Source of the DNA: Selaginella moellendorffii
Lineage: Eukaryota > Plantae > Lycopodiophyta
Assembly (NCBI RefSeq): GCF_000143415.4
Contig: NW_003314314.1
Location: 997,771-1,061,770 of the forward strand
DNA length: 64,000 bases
Reading direction: 5' to 3'
Of the stretch, positions 60,601 through 64,000 are shown one piece after another. Both the position numbers and the translations under genes were made by a program. A model generated the notes under the pieces. That model did no database searches, was not told the DNA's origin, and saw nothing but the letters and a program-made list of their open reading frames with translations. The stretch's first letter is position 1; each line of letters starts with the position of its first letter.

Positions 60601-63600
60601 TTTGCTGTAAAGCCTCGCCACCGGGACTTCAGCATAGTTTAACAGTGAGAAATCAGTATAAGGCTAAAACGCGAACTACAAATACCTGAATGACTGTCGC
60701 AGCCTTTGTTTGCCTTTTGAAACGATACTCCTTACGAGCAACCATCCCACGGACGCCGGACTGTACAAATATTGCTGCCTTACGAGTCCTCTGGAATTCC
60801 TTTTGATGGTGCCACCTTCGAACATGTTTCTGTATGCAAATAGCTGCAGCCTCCCGTCGCATGCTTTCGTATAGCTTTCTCGCACATCTTCCTGTAAAAA
60901 TGCCAACAACAATACAATGACAGAAAGAACAAATCGTTATGTGTTACCTCTCCAGTGAGCTTGAACACAGACGGCAGCCTTACGGATTGCCAAGAACTCC
61001 TTACGCGCAAGGTATGTACGGACTTGCCTCTGTATCACTCTTGCTGCATTGCCTAGCAGTTCCGCCCTCCGAGCATCCAACTCTGCCATTTGGCCCGCAC
61101 GAAGAAAAACTTTGGTTTTACCAATCTGATATTTAGTCAGATTCAGCTTTTGAAGCAGCTTCTCAGTTGCCGCCCTTTCGTCGTACCTACAAACACAAAC
61201 GAATCTTCAATGCAGCTTAGAAAGAGAACAATAAACATACCGGCCATCTAGGAATTCCGGTGCAAGTAAGCTGAAACGATCCAAAAATTCGTCAAACAGG
61301 CGTCTAGTTGGATAGCCAGCGCAGCTTATCCGCACAGCCTCGAGAACTCCCTGTATTTACCGGACAGAAGTTAGAATAAAAACGTGGAGAACCCGAAGTA
61401 ACATACACCACATCGAAGCTGTTGTAAGACGTTGGGGTTCTCAAAACGCCCGGGCTTGTTGAACATGTTTGGTTTAACGCACCGTATATAATGTGGTTGT
61501 GTAGAGCTCAATGTCTCCATTAGAAATCCCAGTTGTTGCTGCAACGTCAAAAAGGAAAAAAAAAAAATTAGATAAACAGTCACAAGAAAATAAGAGCTTA
61601 CCTTGAAGCTAGTTCCTATGGAGGAAAATTTATAGGAAGATTTCATAAAGTCGTCTGAGGACAGCGGAAACAGTCCCGCAACAAAAGAACATTTCGACGA
61701 TCCTAGCAATGCTTGGTGTTCAGCCACAACATAGTCTTTATTTTTATCAAGGAAAAGGTCTGTTTGGTAAGTGACCTGCCAGGAACAGTAAAAAACGAGT
61801 AAACCACAGCAATGGTGCATTACCTCTCCAGCGTAATGTGCAACTGTAAAATCAGTTCGAGAAAGTTTTGGCTTGCTGAACCTCTTATGTGCTTTGAAAG
61901 TTTGGAACAGTTTTGTAGCAAACGTTTCATGGGTTGATTTTGGGAACATGCTGCACAAGACGATATAGTCACACGCAATCCGAGAAAACCCTGGCCTTAC
62001 CAAGCTTCGTCGAGAAGAGCAATGATACCCAGTGGTTTCTGAAAAGTTTGCATGTCATATCAGAAGCATGGACAAACTCAATGACCTTACTTTTTCAATA
62101 AGGTCCAGAACATCTTGATTGTCAACAAAATCTATATAGCTCCAGTCTATTGCTTCCTTAGTGTATTCTTCTTGCTCCATTTTGAACACATGCTGCAGTC
62201 AAAACAAACAATTAGCAGCTGTCTCAACTTCATAACGGCGTTAGTTCACCTGATTAAAATGCTGCTGTAATTTTTCATTAGCAAGATTGATGCAGAATTG
62301 TTCAAAGCTGGTATGATGAGTTAAGTTAAAATGCTAATCTAATGCATTCAATAAGAAGAGCACCTGTTTGTTTTGAAACTTTCAAACCCATATATATCAA
62401 GCACTCCAATCAGCGTCTTGGATTTGGAATCCTGGCCAATTGATTTGTTGACCTTCTCTACAAGCCTGCAGCAAATGCAAACATGTTAGCGTTAAGAAAA
62501 TGCTACACGGGCGAGGAGATAATAGACCAATCAAATAGCCGTGCGTAGATAGTTTTTGCAAGAGTGTCACGGTTGACTGTTGCTGCCATGGGGTCGAGGG
62601 TTTTGGTAATAGTTTCGTCCCGCGTTACTATAACACGCGTACATAATGAATCTCCAAGACCCTTTACGTCGCACCTGAAAATGTCCAAACTTAAATACTC
62701 ACTATTGGATGGCAATACAGACCTGAGTAGCTCCGCCGCAGCTTCAAGATGAAACTTCGACTTGTCATCCTTGAGCTTGGAAGAGTCTGATTCCTTTCCG
62801 TGAACAAATTCAACGTTTCCTAAGTGCAGGATGGACGCTACGACTCGGAAGATGGCTTCCTGAAACAACACCAATAAGAGAGTGCTCGATCCAAACCAGC
62901 CATTCGAACCTGTTCGACAGGACTTATGCCAACAACATCCATAGCTCTCCTTGTTTTGGCGTAATCTCTGCTATTGCTGACCCCATTTAGATCATAACAG
63001 TTGCTTTGATTCAAGTAGTGGAAGGTTGTCGGATCGCCAAGTTTATACTTCTCAACATCCTGTAGAAAAGATTTTGTCAACAAACGCCACTGTCATCAAC
63101 AAAAAACGATAGTTTCAACCTCAGGTGACGCACAAAGCTGATAAAAACAGTGGTAATTCCTTTCAGGATCAGCAATCTGAACAACCCGGGATCTCTCCAG
63201 CAAGTATGTCCGGACAGCTGCTCCAGAGATTCTCCCGCTCTGGTCAAATTGAATCTCGACAAACTTGCCAAATCGACTACGAACATGAGCGAAGTTAGTA
63301 TTTGTCGATTATTGACATGGGGTGCCTACCTTGAATTGTCATTCCTAACAGTCTTGGCATTACCAAAAGCTTCGAGAAGCGGATTGGACTGTCGACGGTT
63401 AACAAAAGCATGAGAAAGTCGACACCACCAGCTAAAACAATTACCTCCAAAACTTGTTGCTCGACTGTTCTGCCATCCGTTGCAGCACGGCCACCCATGT
63501 AAGCAAGATACTGCATGATAAGCTTTGTCGTCTCTGTCTTCCCAGCCCCACTTTCTCCGCTTACGAGAATCGCCTGGCTCTTGTTCTCATTCAGCATGGC

Positions 63601-64000
63601 TCTAAAGTTTATGGGACTTGGCACGGAAGCATCATTAGAGTAGGGAAAAGGTACCTGAACGCCGAGTCAGCCACCGCAAAGACATGCGGACTTAGCTCCC
63701 CAAGAGGGGCACCCTTGTACTGCTCCATCATGTGAACATCGTAGAGATGCGGGAGCTTGGCAAATGGATTCACAGCAATGAGAATGTTTCCTGTGTACGT
63801 CTGCAGAAGCACAAAGATTTGTTACAGCTGTCTCTAAGACACAATGCTTTTGCATAACTCACGTAGATTTCGTCAAGCTCGTATCTGCTGGAAAGATTGT
63901 AAAGAACCCCAGGCTCGTGCAGGTATGCCAGCTTTGTCATGTCGTCCACTCCTCCAGGCTTTGTATCGGTATCTTTGGGGTGTGCATGGCCGACGTCTAC
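57674..64000 (-). CDS. Class XI myosin (5' end outside the window), many exons
   Basis: [27 protein letters not shown]-loop, IQ motifs, coiled coil, DIL domain ([21 protein letters not shown]), and a C-terminal [10 protein letters not shown]. Confidence 0.97.

Noticed and set aside
31569-64000. Membrane-trafficking cluster (WDR11, PICALM, PAT, myosin XI)
   Set aside because: These are common housekeeping genes interspersed with unrelated ones; co-location is plausibly chance in a dense genome.
1-64000. tRNA, rRNA, snRNA or miRNA genes
   Set aside because: None recognised by eye; an Infernal/tRNAscan run is needed to exclude them.

Overview
Gene-dense land-plant nuclear DNA, most likely the lycophyte Selaginella. 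This is inferred from ~50-bp introns, very short intergenic gaps and PPR proteins built from long runs of 31-aa SS-type motifs. The window has two compartments. (1) About 1-21.9 kb is a rearranged, duplication-rich zone. It holds a tandem array of CYP71-clan cytochrome P450s (two intact genes, one chimeric pseudogene, one 3' remnant) interleaved with five broken, intron-retaining fragments of the mismatch-repair gene MSH2. It also holds two nested Ty1/copia remnants, a pseudogenised partial duplicate plus an intact copy of the isopropylmalate isomerase large subunit, and an AT-rich decayed-repeat block. (2) About 22-64 kb is compact conserved gene space: short-ectodomain receptor-like kinase, OVATE protein, SAM synthetase, fibrillin, WAK-like kinase, F-box, WDR11, a head-to-head pair of PLS-E PPR genes, a membrane methyltransferase with a candidate conserved peptide uORF, ANTH/PICALM, TIC236, an Apd1/Aim32-like Fe-S protein, a DHHC palmitoyltransferase, an atypical glutaredoxin (signal peptide, CTMT site, KTEL end), a Bet v1/PR-10 gene and myosin XI (5' end outside the window). 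The strongest leads are the MSH2-fragment/P450 repeat unit with divergence clustered at substrate-recognition sites, the ER-type glutaredoxin tightly coupled to the Bet v1 gene, the uORF and the PPR pair. Exon boundaries were read by eye and no database search was run.
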